Positions 40,904-55,829 of a stretch of DNA of 64,000 nt are shown here, piece by piece. Each line of letters starts with the position of its first letter. The first letter of the stretch is position 1. Location: positions 102,362,001 through 102,426,000 of the forward strand of contig OX597818.1 in the NCBI GenBank assembly GCA_951406725.2, written 5' to 3'. This DNA comes from Octopus vulgaris. Lineage: Eukaryota. Under the pieces are notes generated by a model. It saw only the letters and a program-made list of their open reading frames with translations. It searched no databases and was not told the DNA's origin. The position numbers were made by a program, and so were the translations under genes.

Positions 40904-42319
40904 TAGGAGATCAAACGTTTTCTGTAAGAACAACTACTCTCCGAAGGTTTCTACTAATTTGTGCTTGCATCCCTGCATATTTCCAGGGCTTAGTTTCTCT
41001 ATAAATGACGCTTTCTCTGGCCGCCTGTGTCCGATAAGACCACTAAACCCAATGCGACGTTTCACACTCCCGGTTGTTAATTTAGAACAGACACTTTCAA
41101 TATAGACTCTCACACGCCTAGAAACGCAGAAGTAAATAAGTAGCTTCTCAATAATATGTATCGCTTTCGCACAGTGTTTTTGTATAAATTTTGTGTCGTG
41201 TCAAATTATTTTTTTACAAGCTTGATGAAGCTCGAATTTCATTTTTGATGGTATTGATAGTATTTCGTGCAATTTGGGGTTTACAAACCGCATTTGCGTA
41301 CATGCTAACAAATAATTGCTTCCAAATGTTTTTCTTCTGCGCAGTGTGTGTGCATGTGTGTATGTGTGTGTCTGTACATATATATATATTTCTTAATATA
41401 AGAGCTGTAATGTATGCTCAATAATATGAGATACATACTGCAAACTTATGAAGGGAATACATGGTAGAGAATGACCGATATGCTTCCTAGACCAAATATT
41501 GGCAGACTACACTGAAATGGGTAATAAATGTCTCTGAAAACAAAATTTAATGATGTAGACTTTCTATTAGAATCTCATTTTTAAGGTGTCTGTAAATAAA
41601 TATAGGCCTAACTTCTTAACTTCACTTACGTTAATATTATATATAAAGTTCACTGAGAATGTTTGAGATGGTTAATGAGGGTAATATTGATTCTCTTTCA
41701 AACGACAGGGTCTGATTGATATAATTAAATGTTAGGGTTAGGTTAGTGTTCTGGTTCGTTGGTCATATTTTATATTTTATAATCTGAAGATTGACACATT
41801 GATTTGAAATGGAGATGAACAACCAAATGTTTCGTCAATAGGAATATAAAATGAGACATAAAAACACAACATAAATACAAGTACTAATCGTATCAGCATA
41901 GAAGGCAATAGGACCAAAGAAATAGGGCAATAAAACACACACACATACACACACACACACACACATATATCCATAAATACAAGCGTTGATCGTTGGCGAT
42001 TTTTTCCTCCTTATGTATGTATGAATGTACGTAATTATGTATGTATATATGTATCTATCTGTCGATGTACGTGTCTGTGTTTGTGTCAGTGTTTTCTCTC
42101 TCATTGCCGATTCTCTGCTGGTTTTGATGTCCCTGCAACATACCAATTCCGCGAAAGAGATCGTTAGAATACATACAAGGCTGTAGAAATATGTTCTGGG
42201 ATCTATTTCTTCCAATAAAGACCGTCAAGACAGTGCTTCGCCATGATCGCTGTCAAATAAATAAGGCAATTAAAAGAATAAAGGCTAAATGAATAGATAG
42301 ATTATTAGATAGATAAACG

Positions 42320-42580
42320 TGGAGGCGCAATGGTCCAGTGGTTAGGGCAGCGGACTCGCGGTCATAGGATCACGGTTTCGATTGCCAGACCGGGCGTTGT
42401 GTGTATATTGAGCGAAAATACCTAACGTTCCACGAGGCTCCGGCAGGGGGTGGTGGCGACCCCATGTTCTACTCGTTCGCCCCAAATTTCTCTTATTCTT
42501 TCTCCCTGTTTCTTGAGTAACGATGCGATGGACTGGCGTACCGTCCAGCTGGGGGGAACACATACGCCACGGAAACCAGG
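42320..42580 (+). mobile_element. tRNA-derived SINE family B
   Basis: A box tggtccagtgg, B-box-like ggtttcgattgc; inverted homolog at 47372-47682. Confidence 0.88.
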
Positions 42581-42584
42581 AGGG

Positions 42585-43041
<457 letters not shown>

Positions 43042-44284
43042 TCTTCATGAATGCATGCGTATGTACAGAATAGGTTGAATTGCCAATAACCAGAATGCTG
43101 GATGCAATGTATTGTAATATTTATTGTACTTTCTTCTAGCCAGGTTGAAAATTAAACCATGAGAGGTAAACTTCATGAGTTATCTGTTTTAATGCCAGCA
43201 ATTATCTTACCTGTCTTTGGTGGTGGCTACTAATTTGGAAGACTTCGTACCGAATCTGCGATTTAAGTGTGAACTCCTTGCTCATACCTCCTGTATGTAA
43301 GGCGCTACTCTTTGTCTGGTATAACATATAAAATATTTTTTTACTTTCCATGCTAAAACGTTTATCGATAGAGATTTATGAAAGCCATATAAATTGTACT
43401 TTTGAATATTTTCTATAAAGCAAAATTACAGAAATCTTACCTTGTAAAATATAACTTTTAAAATACATATCAACACAATAAACAATGGGATATTTTTTTT
43501 CTTTTACATCTGCTTCATGTTAGAATTTATATTAAAGAATACCGTAGTGGCATGTATTCTATATAGCAATTCTATGTGATGTAGAGGGTAATTTGCAGAA
43601 GCAGGTGTTGTTGGCAACAAGTCAAGAATATTTCGCATTGTCGATAGAAAACTGTTACGATTTTTATTTTTTTATGAATTACATAGGCAGATGCATATAA
43701 AGATATACCTGTACATACAAACACATATACATGTATGATTAAGTGCGTCATAGAAACGTAGAACGTTTGGAAATAATATATATTGAGTACTATTGCTTCG
43801 TTTCGCTGTGGTAAACGGTCATCATTACATACATTTTTAAGTAGGATTACGTATATAACAATAAAGATAATGAATTCTGGTTTCCAAATATTCAGTGTAA
43901 CATTGTTCGATTGCAATTATATAATAATGTTGCAGCTGATGCATGCATGTATGTATGTATGTATGTATGTATGTATGTGTGTATGTATGCATGTATATAT
44001 GAACAGACACTTCACTGCACATGATGACGAGTTTTACGCTTAATCCAATCAACGGAACAAACTTGTTCTTGAAGTGCAAGTGGAAGAGTAATCGACACGT
44101 ATCCTCAACGTCGTTCGTGCGGAACTGCAGCGTGACCAGAATCTGATCAGACCTCATCCCATTGAAAATTACAGGTACAATTCATCTTTGCCACCTGAGT
44201 GAAGTAAAATCTCTTGCTCAGGGACACAATACGCCAAGAATCGCATTCTGAAGGCACCCGACAACATTGCTTAGAAAACCATGC

Positions 44285-46300
44285 TCAATAGCATAGGTGG
44301 GTGTACACAACTCTTTATGACTCTCTAGTAACCAGCAATACGTCCCAAGAACATACACTAGTACTTGGGCGTGCAAGCCATCAAGGAAGTGTTGCACAAT
44401 GCTGATGAACTTGTTCTGGGAAACCGAACTGTCCCGTTTTCTTCTAAAGCCACTCGTGACATTAACACCTTCAAAGGCCTTGTTTAGATCTACAAACCTT
44501 GTGTATAGATCTTGGCACTCCTCTTGAAATTGGCGTCCGGTAAGGATCATGTGACTGTCCCCCACGGCGGACTCTGAAGCAACACTGACTCTCTAGCAGA
44601 GGCCCGTCTTCTATGTGTTCAATTAGGTGGTTACTTATGACTCATTAGAGTATTTTCCAGCTACTACAAGGAGAGACATACTTCGGTGGTTGTACAAGTC
44701 ATTCTGTTTCCCTTTCTATTCTAGAAAAGGGCAATTGAAGCGTCCTTGCGCTCCTAAGGATCAACTTCTTGTTGCCACATTGTCTGAAAGAGAGTCGTGA
44801 GCTGGGATGTGTCAAAGCCTGGGTCCTTGCCACATTTATGGTTTGCCAAGGATGTATTGTCAACATGAAGCATGCAAGCAATGACCTCAGCTTTGATGGA
44901 GGAGTGCCTGGTTTGGAGTTTTTGAAGTGGTCCACACACCTTATAATGATAGCGGTTTAATAAGTGAGGAGTATCGTCCCATCAGCACTGAGGAGAGGTG
45001 ATTCTCCGGTGGAATGTGAACCATATATGGCTTTCAGTATATCGTAAGTGCTTGATGTTTGGAGTTATCGCTGTTAGATTACTACTGTATATCATCCGCT
45101 TTGCTGCTGTGCCAGGAATCTTCCATCCCCTTGAGCGTTAGTCAGCATCTTGCTTTCGTTGGCGTTTCTTGTCAGCCGAACTGATGTACTGCTGAGAGGC
45201 ACTCTAGGTCCCATGCTTCTAATCGCGCAGATTCTGAATGTATTCATCGTTAAATTCTTGGTGTTTGTGTGGGCTCTGGCCTATATCAGTGGGAGCAATA
45301 TTGTGCAACTCATCTCTGAAAATCGCCTTGCCTTCTTCCGTTCCCTTTGTACCTACATCGAGTTGTCTCAACTTGTCCAGGAGCTTAAGCTTCGTATTGT
45401 TTCAGGTTTGTTTCAATTTGCTAATATTTATTCGCTTGTTTGCCGGTTCTCCTAGTTTTTGCCGGCTGGGGTGAATGTACAGGTCACGGTTTGCGTGAAT
45501 GAGCCTGTGACCTGTCCAGCATCCTATGCCACACATGATTCTGCACCCTAACGTCCAGCCTGTTTCATCTCCTCGTTTTGACGTAGTCAATTAGATGATA
45601 ATCTTTGCTGCGTGAAGGCATCCAGCGTGTCCTTTTACATTTGGGCAAGCGAGACTCTTTGTTGGTGATCAGCAGGTCATATACTTCACAGGTTTCCAGT
45701 AGGATATACGATTTGCTGTGGCTCTTGCGAACTCGGTTTCTCCGCAAAATTCTCATCCATGTCTGGTAGTCTGTACCATTCCTGGAGTTGAAGTCACCAA
45801 GAGCGACGAGGCTGTCTCCTTAGGCACATCTGCTTTGAGATACTCCAAGACTTCACAGAGCTTGTGCCTGACCTTCTCAGAGTTGATCATGATAATGATG
45901 GCATGGTGTACTCCTCTGAGGGGAGATCAGTAGAGACATCAGTCGGTCATACAGGTTTTTGTGGAGACTGGTAAGATTGCTGATCAGAGTAGATCCGAGT
46001 GCAAAGCCATTTCCTGCGTCAGACATTCTTCGCTGCTGCGGCCACTCTAGGTGTAACCGGCTTTGTCTCTGTCAGCTCGTCTCTGTCTGCTAGCTTGTGT
46101 GGATGTTGTACCCATCGAGTTCTCTTGCAACATGTCGTGTCCGAATCTCAGTTTGTTTGCTTTGACGCTCTCCGTAGGCGTCCGCCATTTCTACGTGCCA
46201 ATGGATAGCGAAAGTCATCAATGATTCTCCTTTTGGTGCTTCGACTGGCTGTGATCCCCGGATAACGCAACATACAGACGAGAGTGAGATGAACCAGTCT
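44285..46300 (-). pseudogene. Degraded RTE-clade (BovB-like) LINE: APE endonuclease + RT
   Basis: APE motif LLITN...RTRWMPSRSKDYHLIDYV; RT motif MILTGRQFQEECQDLYTRFVDLNKAFEGVN; many frameshifts and stops. Confidence 0.85.
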
Positions 46301-47371
46301 ATTTTTAGGGCACTTTTCAGAAGATCGCTTGTTTCAAAATAAAGACGGAATAGTATTAAAAAGAAACTGCAAAAGAAAAACGCCTGAGAAATTATCTTCT
46401 AATTCAGAATCTAAACTTGAAAGATTCAGCACATCTCCGAGAAAGAGCTAAAGAACTAAAAAGAACTAATTTAGGCAGACGCCTTTATTAGACTTTTGTC
46501 TGAAAAACGGAATTAACTAAATGTATTTACCACCGGTAATTTTTTCCAGTGATTTGTGCAATTTGTTTAAAAAATGTTTTTAGAAATACATAATGACTTT
46601 TAACTTAAGGTAACCTCACTTTCCAATATTTTGACTTTTTTGCGAGCAACATACATGTACAAGCATGCGCATACGTATGTCCGTGTATATATTATATACA
46701 TTATGTTATATCTGTTATATCATATTATAGTATATATGAATATATTATATACAATATTTGAAATCATCTACAATTGACTTTTGATTGCATTTTATTTGAA
46801 TTATATAGACAATTTTAAAATGGTTAAAATATAAAGAAAAATATAATGAAGAGACATATGATATGAAGAGAAACCAAACTTCAAAATGGAGTTGAACTAC
46901 AGATGCCAGATGTGCACAGATGTGTAACATATCGTTGCAGTAATATAATAAATAACAATTCTAGACGAATAGTCATTATTAGTTTTCATTATAACCGAAT
47001 ATGTATTGTACAAGTAATTACACTATTTGAGATGGAAACATAAATGTATTGTGCGTGATTGCTTCTTTTGCTAACATGATCAAAAATATCGAGAGCTTAG
47101 AACATTAAAAAATAGAACTATAATTCAAAATAAGAAGTAGCGAGTAATACAGTTTGTAATGCAGCTCTAATTTCTATTTTCACGACTTGTTTCATTAGCT
47201 GATGTCTACCATTTGTTCATTTCTTTGAAAATATTATTCTTGTATTTTTGCTCAATCTTCATATGTTCTGAGAATATACATTGTGGTGTGATTAGGTATT
47301 TAACTTGGCAACTAGACTGTTTGTTACTGCTTGGATCTAAATGGGAAATATTTGGGGAGAATGCGTTATAG

Positions 47372-47682
47372 CATTTTTTTCTCCCTTTCCAAGCCTAGCC
47401 AGGCTCATGGGCCCGGTTTCCCGCTTTCTTTGGTGTATGTGTTCCCCCAGCTGCACTGGACGCCAGTCCATCGCAGCGTTACTCAAGAAACATGAAGAAA
47501 GAGAGAGAGAAATTTGGGGGCGAAAGAGTACAACAAGGGTCGCCGCCACCCCCTGCCGGAGCCTCGTGGAGCTTTAGGTCTTTTCGCTCAATAAACACAC
47601 ACAACGCCCGGTCTGGAAATTGAAACTGCGATCCCGCGACCTAACAGTCCGCTGCCTTAACCACTGGGCCATTGCGCCTCCA
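47372..47682 (-). mobile_element. tRNA-derived SINE family B
   Basis: Reverse complement of 42320-42580, with a fuller tail. Confidence 0.88.
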
Positions 47683-48345
47683 CGTTTGTAAAATTAGGGC
47701 CATGATGACTGAACCGTTCTGAATGTTCTAGGTGCTCATTGTAAAAACTTTAGTATTAATGATTTGTCTGAAGTAATTCAAAAACGCTATCAAACGTGTT
47801 TCAACTTTTGCATCTCCTTTATGAAATCCATTTCGTTTCTATTTCACTGATTCGGGTCCACGTAAACGTCAGGCCCTGTGCCATCTCTGCATAAACATTC
47901 AGGCCTTATTCAATTTCCTTGGTCTCATTATCGCTATTTCGTCATCGTACGCTTGAAGGTGAGCGCGACGGACATTCTTGCTACTGCAGAATATGAATCT
48001 CCCATACAATCCCTCAGCAGTCGTCCATTTTGCTACAAGCCAACAAAGTTGCCAATAATAATATCACACGTCTCGGAGGACCTGCGAAAAGTCCTCTGGC
48101 CATTGTCATCCTCATCCACAAATGAGTTATAAAACTGAAATTTTCACACAGACATAAATACACAAAACAACGTACATGAATGCACATACAATGTGAGACA
48201 CACCTGTATGCCGAGACAAATTACACTTTCCAAATATATTCTTTACATTTGATTATGTTCATGTATGTGCAGGTAAGTATCGGTCTTCTTTGTCTAATGC
48301 TCATATTCTTTCTTTAAGATGACGGTTGCGTGTTGGAGGAGAGTT

Positions 48346-48597
48346 ACTCTTTTATCTTTTAAATTTTACTTGTATCAGTCATCTGACTGTGGCCATGCTG
48401 GAGCACCACCGTTAGTCGAGCAAATCCTTGTAAGTCTAGTACTTAATCTATCGGTCACTTTTGCCGAACCGCTAGGTTACGGGACGTAAACACACCAGCA
48501 TCGGTTGTCAAGCGATATTGGGGAACAAACACAGACACACAAACATATACTCACATATACATATACATACACACACACATACACACATATATATATA

Positions 48598-48645
<48 letters not shown>

Positions 48646-49401
48646 CTAGCAGTATTGCCCGGCTCGACGGGGATTTCAAGGGAGAGTTTCAGGGAGTCGC
48701 TGGCGATGTATCGTGATGATCAAAAATCCGGCCTGCTAAAATTAGGTTAAAGTGATTCAAACTGCAGACTCAACGCAAACGGGTCACATTTAATTCAAAG
48801 CGTTAAAAATGTTATGAAAACAATTGGTATGTGTTCACAAAGTCCAAACGATTAATAGGAAAACAACCTTCCAGCCTACATGCCGAAAATTCATGTCTTT
48901 GCCGAATTCCTACAATGCTTACGGCGATTCGTTTTTATATCTTGATTTTTTAAATTTTTCATGCAATTTACGCATTGATGCACGCGTGGTGAACACAGTT
49001 CACGTCAAACAGCTGACTCAGTAAAGTTCACTATTCAATGTATGGGATTAGGTCTAAACAAACACATTGTCGATTTTTGCACTTGCGATATGAATTTCGG
49101 AACAGAAATAGCGCAGTTCAATTTCCATTCGCCTAAACTTTAAATGACCCATGTTTGGTGGGTCTACGTTTTGTTGGCTAGGAGGAGATGTGCCGGGAAG
49201 TTAAACACACAGACACACACTCAGATACACACACAGACACACAAGTTGAGTCTCATGTATATATATATATACGACGGACTTCTTTCAGTTTCCGTCAACC
49301 AAATCCACTAAGACACTTGCCCAATGTGCCACGCAGTGGAACTGAACCCGGAACCATGTAGTTCGTAAGCAATCTACTTAACACACAACCACTCCTATGC
49401 C
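48346..49401 (-). mobile_element. SINE family A split by a Helitron-like insertion
   Basis: SINE tail at 48346-48545 and head at 49272-49401. Confidence 0.8.
48646..49265 (-). mobile_element. Non-autonomous Helitron-like element
   Basis: a|CTAG at 48646 followed by imperfect hairpin cccggctcgacgggg; CA-rich and TA-rich far end like the 31742 element. Confidence 0.55.
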
Positions 49402-50365
49402 TAATGGACTAATGCGTGGATCATTTTTTCAACCTTTTTATGCTACATCCATCAAATGGGCTTAAATGCGTGCTCCTAATTTATAACATATTCTCATTGA
49501 TTTAATAAAACTCTCGGGAAAACACAATGTTTTTTCTTTTGTTTTTTTAATACAGCATTCCGCTATAGTATTCAGTTAGCATAGCTTTTTTACACTCTAG
49601 GCACATGCATATATAACACATAACCTGATAAAGTGCTGAAAATATATACACACTAGGAAATGCACCAAAGGTTTTACTGTATATTTGCATATATAAAATC
49701 ACCTTTGATATCGAAATAACTTTCTAGAAAGAAAGTGTCTTTCTTGGTTCTCTTGAAGAAATAATATAGCAGTCATCGGTCTTATGATTCGTTCTGTTTT
49801 CTTAAATGTAACAACGTTTTGCTCTGTATTAAAACAGGTTTAATTTCGTCTGAAATCACTTTCTCACAAAGTGACTATCCCAAACCACTGACGAAATTTA
49901 AATATTTATGCCTTTTGTACAGGTCCATCATACGAACAATTGGCCTTAGATTTCAAGCATGATGTAATTAACTTCATAAAGGTGATTCCCAAAGCAGCTT
50001 CCAGATGATTATCATTTGATTGAGAATATCATCCAGAAAACGCTATGACATCCTTTATTATATATATAAGAAACCTATACTTTACGGGATAATAACGGGA
50101 CAGGTTAATCCAATTAACATCGCGTAAACTATCTATTATCGTAGCCAATAAAGAGTTATAAAACTATTAGAAAGAGACCCTGTGTAGAGTTTGGATTTGA
50201 GGATTATATATGTCATAAATCTAAACACCACAAGAGTTAACGGGAAGGTAAGAAAAGGCAATTTCTAAAACACATGCCTTAGATGTAGCTGCTCATATAT
50301 GCATACTTTTAAACTAATATAAAGATGCTCAAGATTTATATTGAAAATATTTCCTCCTTTTCTAA

Positions 50366-50565
50366 TGCGGTGAGCTGACAGCACGCCAGGCAAAATGCAC
50401 AGAGGCATATTCCCCGTCTTTTCTTTCTGTGTTCAAATGCCACCGAAGCCGACTTTGCCTTTCGTGCTTCCAAGGTTCAATAAATAATTACCAGTTGAGG
50501 ACTGGGGTCGATGTAATCAGCTTACTCCTTCTAGAAATTACTGGCATTTTGCCAAAATTTTAAAC
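50366..50565 (+). mobile_element. SINE family C, degenerate
   Basis: gcggtgagctgacagcacgccaggcaaaatgc...gttcaaat...gactttgcctttc...ggggtcgatgtaatc. Confidence 0.65.
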
Positions 50566-51399
50566 TGACATTCCTCATATTCTAATTATGATTGTTTTCA
50601 TTTCTTATTTCCACTCAACAGTAACCTCACAACGGTTAGATTCTCACAATGATTGATGCCAACTCAAACTAAAGAATAGCCATGGAATTGGCAACTCTTT
50701 TAAACTCGATCAGCAGCACATCAGACAAAATGCATCAAAGTGATGCACATATAACTCATACCACCAATTGCTGAACTTTCGGCGAGATAGGAATTAGTCA
50801 TAACCCACATGGATGTCGTGAAAAATCACTATAGAATGTCATTTAATTTTTAAAATCCTTGTCGAAAACAACTTGCAATTTAGGATGTCAGATATTGCTA
50901 TGTACTTATCTAATTTTTGCCTTCGTTCTTAACTATTCGTGGGTAAATCGGGCAAGCAGCATCAACTATATTATTATTATTATTGTCGTTGTTGTTGTTG
51001 TTATATTTAATATTGCTGCTGCTGTTGTTGTTTTTGTTGTCTTCGTTTCATTCTATTCCCGTCTCTCGCCGAGTGTCTTTTATGACACTTGGGTCTGAGA
51101 AACTCACATTGTACATCGGTACGTCATTAAAATAAACATAACAAATTGTTCATTTAGACAACCAAGATGTGTAATGGAAAAAAGAAGAAAAAGAATGTAT
51201 ACAAAAAATGAAAGAAAGAAAATAGGTTGAAAAGGACAAAAAATGCACACGGACAATACACTTTTCATTATGTGTAAATTACCAGTTAAAACAATCTTTT
51301 GCCCTTCTTGCTTGGATGATATTCTCAAATTATTTTCAGCTCCTTTTTTTTTATTATTCCAAGTAATCCTACAATCACTGGTAGAGTGACCGTCTTGTG

Positions 51400-52560
51400 A
51401 TGCTTCATTTGTTCCATTTGAATAAGCTAATCTTTATATTTTCTGAGCTTATCAAATTCTTTTGTCGAGATACTATGATCATAAGGCATGCTTATATCAG
51501 TCAATAAACAGACTTTGTTATTTTGATCTTTCACAATAATATCCGATTTATTAGCTTTGATGGTTCTGTCTGTGTCTACTGCAAAATCTCAAGCAATCGA
51601 TACATTTTCTCCCTTTGTTACAGCATCAGGCTGGTGCTTATAACATTCCTCCGAAGTTTTGATTTTATATTGCCGATACATTAACTTCTTTTTTCGCTCC
51701 TCAGAACGTTCGTTACTGTGTGTTGTGGGAAACTCTGTGAGAGCTGTCGGATGTCTCATGGGGTCTCTTTCCGCGCATTATCAGCTTTGATACTTGGTTG
51801 TTAATTATCCTGGGAGACATTCAAGTGCCAAGCTCCAATCTCAAAATCCTAGCTGTCCCCAGCAAAGCAGCTGGTTGACTTTGCTCTGCTCTCTTGTCAA
51901 TTGCAATTTCTTTAACATATTTCTCGAACTTTGTTGTTAGTGATGCGACTGCCCCTACAACTACTGGAATTGAGAGATGCTCTCCTCATAGTCCACACCT
52001 TGTAATTTCGTCTTTTAGCAGTCTGCTCTTCCAAATATTCTGTAGTTCTTTGCTACTTCTGCGTTCGTCTCCAGGTATTGCAATATCAATGATCTTAATT
52101 TCTGAGTCTCGTTTAGGTAGTCAGACTGGATCGTAAAACTCTGCAGTATCTTATGTTCCCCCTTCTCGGTGACTCCTAATTCATATTCGCGCAATTTCCG
52201 TGCTCTGTTCAGACATTACTTTTCACGTAGCCTCCAGTGGATGAACATAGTTTCGTTATCGTGCCTTTTTTTGCCGTGCTTCTGGACCAGCTTCCTACAT
52301 TCACTCACAATATGTGAAATTGTTTCGTTTCTGCCGTCACACATCCTAAAAAGGGGCGATTCGCGACTTATATATTTGTAATTTGTAGTAATTAGTTCTT
52401 AGAGCTTGTTCCTAGACGCTTCAAATCAATGCCTCAGTGCATCCTTTCAGATCAGTTTTTCTTAGTCATCTCCAAGTGTTGATCTTGCTTTTTTCTTCGA
52501 GTGTTCTGCGATATTACAATGTGTAGTGGTTTTATTTTCCAGCTATTTATCTTTTTTTTT
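51400..52560 (-). pseudogene. Old Dong/R4-like LINE fragments (REL endonuclease region)
   Basis: Minus translations TDRTIKANKSDIIVKD, IIDIAIPGD and KKRHD...IHW. Confidence 0.65.
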
Positions 52561-52671
52561 CTCCATCATATATCTTGAATGTTTGTGACTGCATCAAATT
52601 TTCGGTAGGTGTTATATTGATATTATCATTATATTATTGTTCTTGTTGTTGTTGTTGATGATGATGTTATT

Positions 52672-53670
52672 CAGTAGTATTATTTTATCACGTTCTTTCA
52701 CTGCCGAGTGTAGCCCTCTGTACCTTGGGGATGTTCTGTGGTTTGTTACGGTGCTCTTATTTTCACTGTGCTTTACGCAGGATATGTGCAGTGTCTAGTA
52801 ATGATATTTCCTGTATGTTATATACATTTGTAACTTCTGATATTTTGATTATGCATTTGTCTGAATGCTTTTTAATCATATCCAATGCAGCTATTATTAT
52901 TGGAATTGTTCTGCTTTTAGGCTCCACATTCCAGTTACCGCTATTTCCAGATCTTTGTATTTGGTGAGTTTCTCCGTTTCTGTAAGAAATACATTATTGT
53001 CATCAGCTGGTATTGATACATCAATTGGAATGCATTTTGTTTTTCTTTGTGATCTCTGACTGCTACATCTGGTATATTAGTCTTCGTTTCTTGGTATATC
53101 CCCCTGTATGGTTGCTTTGTCATTTTCTGAGACATTCTTTGAGGTGTTCCTGTTTTCTATTGTCATTTCATTTTGTTGGCATAGCTTTCAGCATCATGTC
53201 TGGGCAGCAAGAGATAAAACGATATATTGTTTCTCCCCAACCACCATATATTCTGCAGTTATTTGTATTTTTATGTGATCTTGTACTACAATTAAAAGTT
53301 CTTCAGTCTCTCGTTTGAGTCCTGAGCTTCTCAGTCATTCTTGGGATCTTACTTTGTCTATTTCATTCCTGTTTAACTTACCTCAATATTTGCCAGGTAA
53401 GGGCATTTCTTGACATCATTTTATCATGATAATTTGTTCTTCCACTTTTAGTTTGGATTGCATTTGATTTCCAGCTTTTATTGTTTCTTCGTTTTCTTCA
53501 TATTTGTCAGGAGCCATGACTGCATTCTTGTATATTTCAGCCTCCTTAAAGACAGTAAGTATTTTGTTTTGTTTGTGTTTTGTGGATAATTTTACAGGTA
53601 TTCCTTACTTGTTAATTAAGCATTTCTGTAATCCTATGGTGGCGGAATTGAAATAGTTTTCAAGCTGTAT
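52672..53670 (-). mobile_element. Dong/R4-like LINE 3' end, degraded
   Basis: Colinear with 58259-59267 (same 3' UTR, CRICG zinc knuckle). Confidence 0.8.
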
Positions 53671-53766
53671 AAGACATATAGATCTATATTTAAGAGATAG
53701 GGAATTATGTACATTATTTACACTATTAACATTTGACGGATATATATTCTCATCTTCTTTGTTGTT

Positions 53767-53812
53767 AACACAACGTTTCCGTTGATATACCCTCCGGCCT
53801 TCATCAGGTGTT
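53767..53812 (-). ncRNA. Degenerate minimal hammerhead in a Penelope pLTR-like fragment
   Basis: Minus: AACAC-CUGAUGA-a-ggccgg...ucaacg-GAAA-CGUU-GUGUU; stem I 5 bp, palindromic stem III, stem II eroded. The adjoining tail matches 38837-38900. Confidence 0.55.
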
Positions 53813-53908
53813 TTTGTTATGTATTCGTCTGAATATTTTTTTATCATGCCTAACGTATTTTTCGACGGTATTATTAGTATTATAGTTATTATTATTATTA
53901 TTATTATT

Positions 53909-54444
53909 GAGTGAGAGAGCAGTGCATGCCATCAAAGTGACACTGGGGTAAAATATACGAAGCCCAATATACCCATCATGACTATCCGTCTGATAAAGGT
54001 ACACCAGGCACATGCATCACAACCATATGTGCGCGACATGGTGATCTCATATCAAGATAAACAGCACATGACCTTGCAGGTGGGGCCCAGTTAGAATTTT
54101 CTTCAGGTTGAGTAGCCCATCCCGCTCAAAAGGTCCCTGAATAAGGGTTGTTTAAGGATGTTGAAAGAACCACCCATGTTTCCAGAGGTGAATTATTCAA
54201 ACCCCAAAGAATCCCCCTCAACACATGGCCATGATGCTCCCCCTCTCTACTTCTGCTCGTGATCAGAGATGCACATATCGCCAGCCACTAAAGGACATGC
54301 TCAACTGGTTAAGGTCAAACAACTGACAAGCAAATATGTGGTATTGAGCAGAATATTTGCTGTAGCCCATCTTTTATAGAAAGACAAAACAATGTACATG
54401 ATAACACTTCCAATCAGTTAAGATCAGAAGCCATGAGAGCCACT
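53909..54444 (-). mobile_element. Non-coding ~535-bp insertion bounded by (TAA)n (SINE or LINE UTR)
   Basis: Unique-complexity block with TAA tracts on both sides inside the Dong cluster; no ORF. Strand inferred from the neighbouring Dong copies. Confidence 0.5.
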
Positions 54445-54445
54445 G

Positions 54446-54480
<35 letters not shown>

Positions 54481-54544
54481 ATTATTATTATTATTATAGT
54501 TATTATTATTATTATTATAATTATTATTATTATTATTATTATTA

Positions 54545-54638
<94 letters not shown>

Positions 54639-54681
54639 TATTATTAGTATTAGTATTATAGTTATTATTATTATTATTACA

Positions 54682-54757
<76 letters not shown>

Positions 54758-54804
54758 CATCATAATCGTCCTCGTCGTCATCATCATCATCATCATCATC
54801 ATTA

Positions 54805-54839
<35 letters not shown>

Positions 54840-54860
54840 ATTATTATTATTATGATTATA
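54445..54860. repeat. (TTA)n/(TCA)n trinucleotide microsatellite
   Basis: Directly visible. Confidence 0.97.
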
Positions 54861-55731
54861 CAGTAGTTTTATTTTTATAGCGTGCTTTCACTTCACTACC
54901 GAGCGCAGCTCTGTGTGCCTTAGGTATGTGCTGTGATTTGTTGTGATGCTCTGATGGTTATTGTATGGAAAGTGTTCTGCGTAGGATGTGTGCAGTGCCT
55001 AGTAGTGCAATTTTCTGTATGTTATATGTGTTTGTAAGTCCTGGTGTTTTTGTTATGTATTTGTCTGAATATTTTTTTATCATGCCTAATGCACCTACTA
55101 TGATAGGAATTGATTCTGTTTTTAGATTTCACATTCTGGTTACCTCTATTTCCAGGTCTTTGTATCTTGAAAGTTTTTCCATTTCTTTTAGAGACACCTT
55201 GTCATGATCTCTAGCAACTATATCTGGTCTGTTGGCCTTAATTTCTCTATCTGTGTGTATCGGCATATCCCAAAGTATGGTTGCTTTCTCGTTTTCTATG
55301 ACCTTTTCTGGTGTGTGCCTATACCATCTTTTTTCTGTTGTTATTCCATAATGTTGGCATAGCTTCCAGTGTATGTAGGTTCCAACTCTGTCATGTCTGT
55401 GAATATATTCCTTCTCAGCCAGGACTAGGCAGCCAGTGATAATATGATTTATTGTTTCCTGTCCATCTCCACATATTCTGCAGTTACTTGTTATATGTCT
55501 TTTCATTACATGTTTTTGGTAATTTCTGGTGGGGAGGCTTTGGTCTTGTGCTGCAATTAAAAATCCCTCTGTCTCTGCTTTGAATCCTGAGCTTCTCAAC
55601 CATTGCTGGGATATTTCGTTGTCTATTTCTTTTGCGATTAGATTAGTCCACTATTTACCATGAAGGGGCTTTTCTTGCCATCGTTTTATCATGGTTCGTT
55701 GCTGTTCTGTTTTTAGTTTGGATTTCATTTG
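54861..55731 (-). mobile_element. Dong/R4-like LINE 3' end
   Basis: ETEGFLIAAQDQSLPTRNY, CRICGDGQETINHIITGC (CCHC), YIHRHDRV, ANRPDIV (PD-(D/E)xK REL). Confidence 0.92.
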
Positions 55732-55746
55732 TCAGGATTTCATTTG

Positions 55747-55828
<82 letters not shown>

Positions 55829-55829
<1 letters not shown>

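Noticed and set aside
41784-41850. CTGAAGA-TTGAC...GTCAA hammerhead-like stretch
   Set aside because: No GAAA adjacent to the stem and no clear stems I/III.
42320-42395. tRNA gene calls for SINE heads
   Set aside because: A/B boxes run into SINE bodies repeated in the window; no complete cloverleaf verified.
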